DNA of 64,000 bases from Acanthaster planci. Taxonomy: Eukaryota. Below are positions 1-12,054 of the stretch, in pieces. The DNA lies in contig NW_019091356.1 in assembly GCF_001949145.1 (NCBI RefSeq), positions 4,446,934 through 4,510,933 of the forward strand, given 5' to 3'. Under the pieces are notes generated by a model that did not search any database, had not been told where the DNA came from, and was given only the letters and a program-made list of their open reading frames with translations. The translations under genes were made by a program, and so were the position numbers. Position 1 is the stretch's first letter, and every line of letters starts with the position of its first letter.

Positions 1-16
1 GAACATGTAAGATGTA

Positions 17-600
17 NNNNNNNNNNNNNNNNNNNNNNNNNNNNNNNNNNNNNNNNNNNNNNNNNNNNNNNNNNNNNNNNNNNNNNNNNNNNNNNNNNNN
101 NNNNNNNNNNNNNNNNNNNNNNNNNNNNNNNNNNNNNNNNNNNNNNNNNNNNNNNNNNNNNNNNNNNNNNNNNNNNNNNNNNNNNNNNNNNNNNNNNNNN
201 NNNNNNNNNNNNNNNNNNNNNNNNNNNNNNNNNNNNNNNNNNNNNNNNNNNNNNNNNNNNNNNNNNNNNNNNNNNNNNNNNNNNNNNNNNNNNNNNNNNN
301 NNNNNNNNNNNNNNNNNNNNNNNNNNNNNNNNNNNNNNNNNNNNNNNNNNNNNNNNNNNNNNNNNNNNNNNNNNNNNNNNNNNNNNNNNNNNNNNNNNNN
401 NNNNNNNNNNNNNNNNNNNNNNNNNNNNNNNNNNNNNNNNNNNNNNNNNNNNNNNNNNNNNNNNNNNNNNNNNNNNNNNNNNNNNNNNNNNNNNNNNNNN
501 NNNNNNNNNNNNNNNNNNNNNNNNNNNNNNNNNNNNNNNNNNNNNNNNNNNNNNNNNNNNNNNNNNNNNNNNNNNNNNNNNNNNNNNNNNNNNNNNNNNN
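17..600. other. Assembly gap (N run)
   Basis: Run of N bases. Confidence 0.99.
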
Positions 601-1856
601 TAGGCCTATATGATTATATGACTATACTACTACGACTATATCGCATTTGCAGAGATTGTAGTAATGGATCATTGAGTTCTGTCACAATTACCAAGGTTGT
701 CTTAAAGGGTAGCTGCATCTGCAATCAATGTTTTTGATTACAAACCTTTAAAATGCACCTTTATGCGTCGGTAAACTTTATTTTTAACTTTGGTTTCACT
801 ATTTCAAAGGGTATTTTAATGCCTTTTGATTTTTTGTGCTAATGGGATTTCCATATTCATGAGCAAAACTGTGATGTCATGCCAGGAAGAAGCCTCCATG
901 TTCCATTGGTTTGTACACAAAAAAGTGGTGCATTTTTGCAGATTTGTCTCCCATTTTACACTTCGCTTGATTGGAAGTTCTGAAGGTTCTTCAAAATCTG
1001 CCTTAATTTTTTCAACACGAAAATGTGTGTGTGGAGGTGATTCAATGGCCCATCCCCCCGGTCAAAAGTTGGGGGATGTATACCCCACATCCACCGGGAT
1101 TTTCGCGCCAGTACCATAATAAAACTGCATTTACAGGTGCATGTTCACTTAATTTTTGTTGCTTGTTGACTTTTGGAAAGGAAATAGCCAAGGTTAAAGA
1201 TATTGACAATGGTCAAAAGAGGAGCCAGCCACAGCCAGGAGCTTCCGGGATTTCTAAATGCAAGGTTGTTCTTGCTTGATATACAAGCAAAGTAGTTTGG
1301 AAACAAGCGAACAGTAACATTTTATGTCGGCCATCAAGCAGCAGTTGTCGTAAATTCGATTTCTTTGGCATTTTATTTGTCTCCAGCATGTTATTTGTGG
1401 CGCTTTATAATTCCACTGTTCAGACGGTTCATTCAAGTAATCATGGACGCTTCCCTTTGCGCGTTTGCGATGAGGAATCACATGATTGCATTTCCATGGT
1501 AACTACTGAAAGCTTATGTGTTGTGAAAGGGAAAAGATGAATTTAAAACTATATCTTAATTGCAATGAGTGTGAGTTGCTTTGCCAAAAATTGCTTTTTT
1601 GCCTCGCAGTGTGCAAAGAAAAAGTTGAGAAAGGCTCCACACGGGCCACTTTTCTTGTCATTGTGTATTAATGGCGAATTTACCAAGTCCAAGTCGCTTT
1701 AAGGAATTAATTGCCTGCTTCGGGTCATTTATTTCAATTCTATCAAGATAAAATTAGACTGTGTTAGCGAAGTCAATCAGTGATGTACGCCTCCATTGTT
1801 TGTTTCCATGGAATAGGGATGGTGTGACTTTTGTATGGTGTTCTAAAGCGGACAGG

Positions 1857-2141
1857 CAAATGTCGTGTGTGTGAGTTGGACAGTCGTGTTTGTGAGTTTG
1901 AACGTCGTGTCTGTGAGTTTGAACTTCGTGTCTGTGAGTTTGAACGTCGTGTGAAATGGAAAGTCGTGTTTGTGAGTTGGAAATTTGTGTTTGTGAGTTT
2001 GAACGTCTTGTGTGTGAATTTTAACGTCGTGTGAGTTGGTAAGTCGTGTTTGTGAGTTTGAACGTCGTGTTTGTGAGTTTGAACTTCGTGTCTGCGAGTT
2101 TGAACTTCGTGTTTTTGAGTTTGAACGTCGTGTGTGTGAGT
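1857..2141. repeat. Minisatellite, ~21-bp unit (TGTGAGTTTGAACGTCGTGTT-like), roughly 13 degenerate copies
   Basis: The unit is visibly repeated and produces 7-aa periodic ORFs on both strands (RVCEFER / HDVQTHK). Confidence 0.9.
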
Positions 2142-5100
2142 GGTCAGGGCCAATTTCACGGATCACGAGCATGATTTTTTCCCTCGATACAATGATTACT
2201 GAGACACATATAATATATCATGATACCCACACAAGTTTGAATGATAAACGTAAATGTGATATTCATGCGCCGCCCTTAACATTTACCATCCAAGTATTCG
2301 AGTTTTGTATTGAAAAAAAAAGGGATACTCGATGCTAAAAGGCATCGGAGCGTTTGAGATGTTTTTGGCAGTTGGCATGGTCGTTAATTTGTACGGGGGA
2401 TAAGTCAGTTTTTAATTTTGTTTGTTACTCTTTGTGTATGTCTACATTGGATGACTTTGTTCGTGAATGGTAAATCACTCAAAACCATCTCAAACCATCT
2501 CAGAACTCGTCCGGGACATTTAAGTTGCGGATGGCAACACTGACTTAAACCACAAGAAGCCCTGCATTTGTCCCGGACGTGTTCCGGAGGAATTTTCATA
2601 AGCAACTTGTCAACCGTTAACGGCTGTTTACATTTGGCCTCATTGCAACCCACACAACAGGTGGCCCACATAAATGGCGCTATTGTAATGTTTACTTCGA
2701 GTAGAATTGACACACCGTGTGTCTTTGAGTGCCGGCCTGAAACAAACCACAATCGGGGGGAGGAGGGGGGTGGATGCAATAAAACTAACTGCTTCATTGC
2801 GGGAAGATTGCCGACAAGATTGTTAATAATCCCACAACTGGTCCGGGACAAATTTGAGTTGACTCCTTATTAGCATGCTAGTGTTTTAGCTTTCCTGAAG
2901 TCCTGCCAGGCCAGTATGCATATGGGACCATAATACTATCGGTGCCCTTGTCGAAGGTACAGCATCCATATTTATAGCGTTCAGCTCCCGTATAGATCTA
3001 CCTAAAACTGACATCTGTTGCCTTCCAGACTGTTTGAATAGTTGCCATGGTCGTTAATTTTTACAAGTGTGTTTATAAAATTTGTTGTTACTTATTATGT
3101 ATGTTTGCATATATGTTGGAGGATTAGACCAAGCTATATGCTAATGAAGGGTAATTCACTGAGAGATGTTACAGCAGAATATTGCTCGCATCTTTGGTGG
3201 CAGTTTCTGAGGTGCGCAAAGGGACACTGCTTCAAGTTGCTCGGTATAGAAAGCCAATTCCATGAATGCATCCATACACATTTCGCACTTAACCGCCATT
3301 TGACACAGCTCTTCCACTTTCTGTAATATCCTAACTTTGCTGACGATGACGTGAAGGCTGCAAATTCATTATTTCTTCATCTACAATGACAATGGAGAGT
3401 CCTGGTAAAGTATAACTATACGTACACAAGAGGTGGCGAGAATTAAGTCCCCCGAGATATGTCGCATCGTTTCCATCCTCTGAGAGCCAATCTCACAGGG
3501 GAATCATTATAGATCGTTGACTGCAATGATAAGACCATTCCATCTTACTGGAAAATATTTGACACCGCCTGATCATGACGTCTCCAACAAATCAGATTGC
3601 GATATATCTGAATGCAAAGCTTAACACAAGGGGGGAGCATTTGCCCAGAGCATTGTAGGCTGTAATCCTTCCAAGTTCTTGAGATAAATACTCGGATTGC
3701 GACTATGATTACATTCATCCACCATTGTCGTAGCAGTTTCGAGTGCACTTTGCAATGTCGGCAAATTGGCACAGTTATGTGAAGAATGAGAAGCTTTCGG
3801 ATAAAACGTGCCATTAATCAAATCCTGTCTCGAATATGACGGAGTTTATCATAATGTCATAAGTCAATAAGTCTTCAGCCTATCTGGTTTTAAAACTAAC
3901 CAAACAGATTCGATTTTCAAAAAAACATACTGAAACTTTGTGTGGGATCAACACTTTGATCCCGGATTCATTAGTCACGAATATAATACTCCATCTTGTT
4001 AGCTTGTTAGCAATGTCTAAACAGTTTCCGAACCAGGTTCATCTAATAACAAACATACACAGAATGGTTATGTTCCATGGTGAGCCCATGTAACCAAACA
4101 AGTCGAATGGATGGATATTAACAAAGGCAGCATTAGACCTTTTGGTAAATGTTTTTAGATGTCATGAGTAAAGTTGACCGTTTGGAAGTAGGCTAAGCTC
4201 TTAGGGGTGCGCCCGTAGGGGACAGGCTCTAGATTTGGGTATCGTTAGTGATCTCATGTCCCTCTCGCCCCAAGATGAAGGAGACGGAGAACCCAGGCAC
4301 GGGTCCAAAAGGGAATTGGGGATTCACCTCCCCCACCGAAACAAAAATAAAAAAAAACATAAAAAAAAACAAATAAAGCATGTATAATAAAAAGATAACT
4401 TGATACTACGTATTAAGGTAAGTGCATCGGTCAAATGTGATGCATTACCTGTGTCTTCTCCCGTCCGCAAACCCGGATATTAATTTTTCTTAATGTGACC
4501 GGCCTGACTCCTTGCCCCTCCCTCTTGGAAAAATTCCTGGATCCGCCCCTGCATTGGAACCCTGTGCTATCGACCCCAGTCGTCCTTGAAGGCCACTTTA
4601 AGAATATATAAAGAGAGGGACCCTATCGGACCACTGTCTTCCTTCCTCCATGGTCAAACCACAGAGCAAGGACCGTGGAGGTAGCGTCAAACCAAGATGC
4701 CATTTTTTCTGCGCCCTATTTCTGAGGACCTCAAGAAAATGAAACAAGAAAGCTGTTTTGAATAGGCCGGGTTCCCTCCGATCAAGGGCAGACAGCATTC
4801 AAAAATTTGTTCACCTACTATTTACACAGCATCGATAAGAAACCCCTTTAATTCATGTGGACTAGGGTTTGTGGTTCCAAAATGTGGCATAGGGGCGCGG
4901 GATCATGGCCTGTCACCCGGCGTTTATTTCACACCATGCTGTGAAAATAGTGTTTAACACTGACACTTGCATAGTTGCGCGACCGCGTGACCTCCGGTGG
5001 AGTAAACACAGCCCCCAGTCTGGCTAGCAAGCTCGATCGGCAGGGTGGATGAAACTTGTTCCAACCGGATCGATATACGTACGTGTCTTGCATGCCATGT

Positions 5101-5368
5101 ACAGTACATGTACACTCCATCGGCTCTTCACCGAGATAGCGTCCACTGCAAGCATAATAATGCATAACGCGTAAGTCTTGGGTGCCTAATCGTATTCAGA
5201 GGTTTTAGTCAGCGTGTCTGCTACTAGGCCTGTGTAGCGCCGTTCACTGCTGAAAGCATTGCTGAGCCAGATCACACCCACTGATGTTCTTATTTTCTCC
5301 GAGTCAGACAAATTTACAATGTGCCATTAAGACCTTAGTCTCAGACGTTTAACACAGAATTCCCAATC

Positions 5369-5956
5369 ATGGCCTGCTTTGGTTGTTGCCGACAAAGATC
5401 AAGCGACTACGTGGATGGGGAGACAGGAATAGAGATGAAGAAGGCATCATCAGAAGACAACTTGGTGGGCACCCACACCCACTACAAAATATTTGTGAAG
5501 ACTGGCGATCGCAAAGGCGCTGGTACAGATGCTAACATCTACATCATCCTACACAACGAGAGTCTTGTCGCCTCCAAAGAGATCAAGCTGGACCGGCTGT
5601 TCCATGATGATTTTGAGAGGGGGAAGACCGACGAGTTTAAGACCAAACTCCCCGTCGAGTTTGGTGCCGTGGCGAAGATTGAGCTCTGGCGGGACGAGTG
5701 CGGCGCATTCGACCCGTGGTACCTGGAGAAAATCGACATCTTTGAGACACCCAAGGAAGGGCCCAAGAAGGGGCCGTACGAGTTCCCCGTCCATCGGTGG
5801 ATTCAGGCCAATAAAAGGGTGTTTTTTCACCGGTATGACTCCCTGCTACCCCAGAATGATCCCCTGAAGGACACGCAGAGGAAGGAAGAAATGCGGGAAT
5901 TACGGCAAATCTATCAGTTCAGGAGCCAGGCCCCGGAGGCGGGAATTCCATGTCAG
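5369..5956 (+). CDS. Lipoxygenase 1 variable first coding exon A (Cys-rich N-terminus + PLAT/LH2 domain), 196 codons
   Basis: ATG at 5369. PLAT motifs [31 protein letters not shown] and FPVHRW. Ends ...GIPCQ at CAG|GTGGGT, phase 0, compatible with the phase-0 constant exon at 14151. Confidence 0.85.
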
Positions 5957-6399
5957 GTGGGTAGGCCTGCACAAAGCGGTTGAATGATGGCTATATCGGG
6001 TGTGTGCACGTAAGATTCTACTCCAGGTTAGAATTTTTTTGGATTGCATGAATCTACACTGACTGTCAGAATGCGACAAGAGCGTGCGTGCGGGTGTTTG
6101 CGTCGCGAGACGCGCTCCAACATTTGTGGTACATGTGTGGAGTCATGGCATGGTCAGGCTGATTAAATGAGATTTTTTTTTATACTCCTTTTATAAAATT
6201 CTGGTTCTTTGTGGATCTGTCAAGCATAATGCAGACATCCTTGATGCTCAAAACATCTTCGTTAACTTCAGAGTTGTGTATTATCATTAGTTGTTCTGGT
6301 AAAAATGTTAATACATATATTATAGGGCACAGTGTCTCCCAGTATCCGTAATTGAAAGGCGTTGATGCGTTATCATTATATATGCGCATTGGGCTCGTA

Positions 6400-6650
6400 A
6401 CATCTGAACATTCCTGAAACCATCTCAGCTCCTTGGGGAGTATGCTATCTTGATGCCACAATATCAGGTTCAAACGGCTAAACACAATATCCATGCCTCC
6501 GTAGGTGCCTATTTACTCACTCCTTGGTTGGAGAGAAGCACTGACGAAGGGGTAAAGTGACTTGCCCTTTAGATCGCAAAATGCTGCCACCAGCTGGATT
6601 CGAATCCCCAACCTTGTCACTCGAAGCCAGAAATGCTAACCACTACAGGT
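6400..6650 (-). mobile_element. tRNA-derived SINE (CORE-like), degenerate
   Basis: The minus strand reads GTAGTGGTTAGCA (A-box-like) ... GGGATTCGAATCC (B-box-like), followed by GGGCAAGTCACTTT, which resembles the CORE-SINE motif. The 3' boundary is approximate. Confidence 0.55.
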
Positions 6651-7401
6651 CAAATGCCGTATACACGAGACCAATGTGCCCCAATGCATCAATGATCCTC
6701 AGCATTATGTATCGCTTGTCAAGTTAGATTATCCTAGAGGTTGATGTTATTTCTTGTTTGGTTTTTTCTATCGTTTGGGTGTCATATTTGTACACCCATA
6801 GATACTCTTCGGCTAGTTTGAAATAGTATCCATGATGGAAAATGTTAAGTTGGCTGCAGATGGCTTCGTTTATTTGTTAAGCAAGAAAAATGTGACCTTT
6901 CATCAACACCCTCTCGTCATCGAGCGGCTTGTTTACATGATATACACCCCATAAAACAAACAAAGAGTTATGATATGGGTCTGGTATGTTATTAGACCGA
7001 AGAAAGAACGGACTGAAGATACTAATGCTGAATATTCAAATCAGTACTTTTCCCTCCAAATTGACTGATCAACTTCTTCGGGTTCTCTGATGGGGCGGAC
7101 GAGAACCACAAATATTCAGAAGATACGACCCCTCAGCACCTTTGAGATATGGTTGAGATTGTACCAGAATTTTACAACCGGGTTTACCGGTTGTAAACTT
7201 CCTGATAACCCCCCAGAGGACAAAAATCCACGTTTTTAACCTTCAGACTAGAACCCGGATATGCCATGTTATCATCATTTCAAACAATGAATATGTATGG
7301 CCCCTTTCGTAGTATGACAAATGGAATCTGTTGAGTGCTGTATGTGTGCGTCATATGTCTGAAAATATGGACGGGTTTTGAAGAACATGAATGCTTGGTC
7401 C

Positions 7402-7569
7402 CAGCGGCGTAGCGAAGGCATTTTCTTGGGGGGTGTGTGCCCGGGTCAATTTGCTGACTGGTCGATACAATTTCAGTTTCATTTGCCGACTGACCCTTTA
7501 TTTGCCGACTGAAAAGAATTATTGGGGGTGCGACATCCCCCTCCAACATCCCCGCTCGCTACGCCGCTG
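7402..7569. mobile_element. hAT-type MITE with 8-bp target-site duplication
   Basis: Terminal inverted repeats CAGCGGCGTAGCGA...TCGCTACGCCGCTG. CTTGGTCC is duplicated at 7394-7401 and 7570-7577. Confidence 0.85.
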
Positions 7570-8444
7570 CTTGGTCCGGATATAAAAGAATTATTGAGGG
7601 GGTGCAACACACCCCCACACCTCCCACATCCCCGCTCGCTACGCCACTGCTCGGTCCGGTTACTGTGAGTGTGACGGGTGTGCTATACAGAATGACAGAG
7701 AATAAAAGATTCATGGAAAGCTGTTCCGTCACAATGAGTGACTTAGGTCATTGTTAGAAGCCTGTTTGTTGTGCCAATACCCGGCTACATGGATGGTTAG
7801 GCATCGGTACAGCCTACAGGTGTACGTGTATATGTACTGTATGTGGTTCATTAGCCTGCATGGGAAACCCAGCTGAGAATGGCTTCACTGGCAAATTATC
7901 CAAGTCTTGGGCCAAAAGTCTACTAGCGGGGTTGGTGTGATTAGGTCAGGTCATGAAGTCAAATTCCCAACCCTGAAGCGCACTGTGAGCATACCCTTTC
8001 CATTCATGGCTTTCACTGAACCGTACAAATCCAAGATGCGTCACTGGACTACCCTATTTGCTCCAACCATAGAGCTAGGATTGTGTTCCTAGCTCTATGC
8101 TCCAACCATGCTCCAACTGCTATCTTGCGAGCATTGTGTTAAAGCGGCCTCGACCTTTCTTGCACCACCATACACGGATTGAGTTCACACGGACTCCATT
8201 GGGCCACACGTACACACAGGGAGACTGTAAATACATTGCATATGATGTACAGTGTATCCGGAAGCCACACGGGTATTAAAGATTAGCCGAATCGCACACG
8301 GAAACTTTTACTAGAATTGCAACGCACCAGTTGCGTGATAGCTGTACACCGACTTACACGTACATGTACACTGCACACCAGCAAGGTGGTCAATATTACA
8401 AACTTTGAACACCATTCTGGACTGTCTACGGCGTTTTAACCACT

Positions 8445-8951
8445 ATGGATGACGAATACAAGGCTACTAGCACCCATACGATTTACAAGATCCTCGTCAA
8501 AACCGGGGATATGAAAGGTGCTGGTACAGACGCCAACATCTACATCATCCTGCATAACAAGAAGAAGGTGGCTTCCAAGGAGATCAAGCTACACCGCAAA
8601 ATCCATAACGCCTTCGAGAGGGGCCACACCGACAAATTCAAAGCCAAGCTGCCGGCCGAGTTTGGTGCTGTTGAAAAGATCGAGCTGTGGCGGGACAAGC
8701 ATGGCGCCTTCGATGCCTGGTACCTGGAGAAGATCGACATATTTGAGAAACCCAAGGAGGGGCCCAAGAAGGGGCCGTACGAGTTCCCCGTCCATCGGTG
8801 GATTCCGGCTAGGAAGAGGGTCATGTTTCACCAGTATGATACGCTGCTCCCCCAACATGATCCTCTCAAGGAAACGCAGAGAAAGGAAGAATTAGAAGAA
8901 TTCAAGGGGACTTACACTTTCAGAAGTCAAGCCCCAGGTCTTCCATGTCAG
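8445..8951 (+). CDS. Lipoxygenase 1 variable first coding exon B (PLAT/LH2 domain, no Cys-rich extension), 169 codons
   Basis: ATG at 8445. Motifs [31 protein letters not shown] and FPVHRW. Ends ...GLPCQ at CAG|GTAAGG, phase 0. Confidence 0.85.
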
Positions 8952-10237
8952 GTAAGGCAATGTTCTGATGACGTCAACGGGAAATTTTATCATTCCTTGA
9001 ACTCTGAAAGGTCTCGGCATTCATTTTAAAAGTGCTGATAAGTGATATTTACAGATCCTTGGGAGGGAGGGTAGCGATCACGATGATTTTGAGGAATATT
9101 TATTCATATTTCTCCCCCGAACGCGTGACCGTTTGTAAAAAAGTCTTGAATGAAGGCTAACCTTTAGGTCGTGTCATGGGTACCGTACCACAGGCGTCTC
9201 TGGTTTCCGGTTCGGAGCAAGCTCTGGGTCCAATGTTATGTGTGGTTTTCGCCGACAGTCAACTCGTTGCCTACTGATAGGTCTATCAAGAGACGAATAA
9301 ATATTGCTGATTTACTGATGGTCTTCGGAAAGTACCGGCCAAACCTACGGCAATTTTCAACTTTATCCCTATAGGAAAATCTTTCCCGTGGCCCGGTACA
9401 CTTTTTTTCTAGCTTTACCGGTCTGTCTTCAATTTTAGCGCCAATCACAAACCGACAATAATCGTATCCGCTGTAACCGATACCACAAGTGAACCCACTC
9501 CAAGATACTCTCATCAGGAAAACTTTGATATCATGCGTTGTTTGTACAATTTGACTGCTGACATTTTTCCACAATCATCGGCTGTATTCTGTTCTGTGTT
9601 TGTAGACTTCATTTCCTGGTCATATTATCGTCCCGTTGACCTTCGATGTCGGAAATCCATGTACACACCGCAGAAGTTTGGCAACTACAAACAGGCTGCT
9701 TCTTTGCCCTGTGAACGTCGTATTCTCAAAATGAAAGGCAATTTCAAAAGCGGCCGTTCTAGTTTAATTAAATGAAGTAGAACTTTTGAAAATTGGTTTA
9801 CAACCAAAATGTATTGGATTGGGGACCATGTGCATTATGTGTGATGGTAGATGGACGGGGTACTGTATTATATTATGCTATTTTCTACAAACATTTTTTC
9901 AAAGTACATCGTTTTGCTCGTAAAACGCTAGGTCGTCGTGCATCGCCATCTATTTTATTTGATCATTGTAAGCATACTTGGTGTCCAGATCCACTTTGGA
10001 ACTGAACAATAAATATACTTACGGTCGTAAACAAGTACTTATATATTGGTGTTCTAAGGGGACGGGTTTTTCGAGTATCCCCTGTAAGCTTTGACTATCC
10101 TTTTATAAACGCTGGTTTAGGAGTTCGTGCTGAAGTACCCGTGGGATCCAATCGACTGTCTTTTGTTCAGAGGGATTTCGTTAGGGGAGATTCCGTTTGA
10201 ACTGTTGAGGATTCAAGAACGCAGAGGAGCCTGCAAG

Positions 10238-10723
10238 ATGTCCTGGTACCGCGTGGTTGTGAAGACGGGGGATTTGGTGGGTACTGGCACCGATGCAAAC
10301 GTCTACCTTGCCCTCTACAACACCGCTAATGTCCGATCCGAAAGCTTCAAGATGGACAACCAGTCGAAGAACGACTTTGAGCGGGGCCAGGTGGACTTGT
10401 TTGCGGTCAGGTTGAAGCGGGCGGGCTTCGGTAGCATCTCCCGGGTCGAGGTTTGGCGGGACGCGGCTGGGACTTTTGACGCGTGGCATCTGGAGAAGAT
10501 CGAGATCCACGATGCTGGAGGGCCCTAGAGAAAGGGCGGGAGGTCCCTGGCTGTCTTGCCCGTGCATCAATGGATTCTTCCCAAAAAGAAGATGCAGTTT
10601 ACCCTGTTCGATTGCTGTTTGCCACAGCGAGATCCTTTGGCCAAGACTCAGAGGAAAGAGGAACTGAAATATTCAAGGAAGAGCTACAAATTCAAGCCTC
10701 AAGCATTTGGACTTCCTTCTCAG
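10238..10723 (+). pseudogene. Lipoxygenase 1 variable exon C (divergent PLAT domain) interrupted by one in-frame TAG
   Basis: ATG at 10238: MSWYRVVVKTGDLVGTGTDAN...NDFERG...AWHLEKI...GGP*RKGGRSLAVLPVHQW...GLPSQ. ORFs 10127-10528 and 10556-10834 are in the same frame, separated only by TAG at 10526-10528. Donor CAG|GTACCC at 10723, phase 0. Confidence 0.75.
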
Positions 10724-12054
10724 GTACCCATTCTGAGTACCTTACACTATAGGTGTTACATTTACACCTGGTCCATATGTTCACTCATACGAGTTAAACT
10801 CGTAAAGCTACTTCAAAATTGTTTTATTAGCTAAAGCTTACAGTGCGACCTTCTTTCACCCCAAGTGCGGATTGACATCATCAATTTTTTTGAGGGGGGA
10901 GGGTTTTCAGAAAATTTCCTGTTCAAATATTGAAACAGAAAGAAAAAAAGAACGACCCAGGTCTAACATCCGGCCTCGAGTTCACACATCGGTCTGTATA
11001 TGTAGTCTGTTATTAGCTTATATCATCAGAAGTCATGTCCGTCACTGGATGAAGTTATAATTCCGGCAGATCTATTTCCGATACATTGTAAAAGTCACCC
11101 ATTTCACCACCTTGGGATTTCCCGACCAAATTGTCGATTTACACTTCCAAGAGCCATGTTCCCTGCCATGTTTATTTCTGTTGGCTTGCTCTTTAGCGGC
11201 CAAAGGTTATCTACTTCTGTCCTATTATTGCAGAAGAGAAAGTTGGAAATATTCCAAGCAATATAGCATTTTCACTGTGTACAGCTCTACATGGACATAG
11301 ATCTGGATTCCACGTCCCATGGTCCCATCATGTCTCAGTTGCAGTTGGATATCCAAATTTTTGTTCAATAATTCTGAACCCAAGGTGCTTGCATGACGCG
11401 AGGAAGCCAACAGAAACGTCACTGTATGGTGACAGTGCAAGTTACTTGGGGATGGGGATTTCGGTTGGACAGTCATTGATGACTGTCTCGTAAGCTCGTG
11501 TGGGATCTGCATAATCGCAAAAGAATCGAACACATTCTCAATCCCAGGGAATACTAAAATGGTTCATTCGACTGGTGTGTTCCTCTTTATTCGTTGAAGC
11601 ACAAAGTATAAATACTTTTCTAAGGTGGATATTTATCATTCGCAACACAGAAAACTTCACATCAATAGACTGAAGCTCCTCATTGTCTGTCAAACTCCAC
11701 ATCTATAAAAACACTTTTTGGCCGATCTCCCTCGGCAAATGATCAGTCCCTGCGTCACCGCATGTCCTGCTCAAAAATTTGCATATTCATATGAAGGCGA
11801 AACGCACTCTTTTTCCTGTTCACTGAGGCAAGGTAGAATCGTATTGTTGATACAAGGTCGCTGTATTAAAAAAGAGGTCAAACTGGAATTCGCACGGGCA
11901 GTGTACTCGGTGTGTGTTGGGTGTGAAGGGTCGTATTGGCCACTCTGCTTACGTGCAGACTCTTGTTTCGGGCGTTGTCATTGCCGAAGAGAACCACTCG
12001 CTGAAGTTTAGGACGGGGGCTTTGAACTTTAATTGACGACGGCAGTTCTTCATC

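Noticed and set aside
1857..2141. CRISPR-like array
   Set aside because: The units are contiguous with no unique spacers, there are no cas genes, and the context is eukaryotic.
2370..3170. Degenerate direct repeat (GTTG(G/C)CATGGTCGTTAATTTT at about 2370 and 3041) and GTCCGGGACA inverted motifs (2509, 2567, 2841)
   Set aside because: These are probably old transposon debris. Boundaries and target-site duplications could not be defined well enough to call a feature.
601..5368. Catalase-like allene oxide synthase domain fused upstream of the LOX (coral-type AOS-LOX)
   Set aside because: No catalase-like exons were recognised, and each PLAT exon has its own ATG and N-terminal extension.
6560..6650. 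tRNA gene
   Set aside because: A- and B-box-like motifs are present, but no complete cloverleaf could be formed and a SINE-like body follows.
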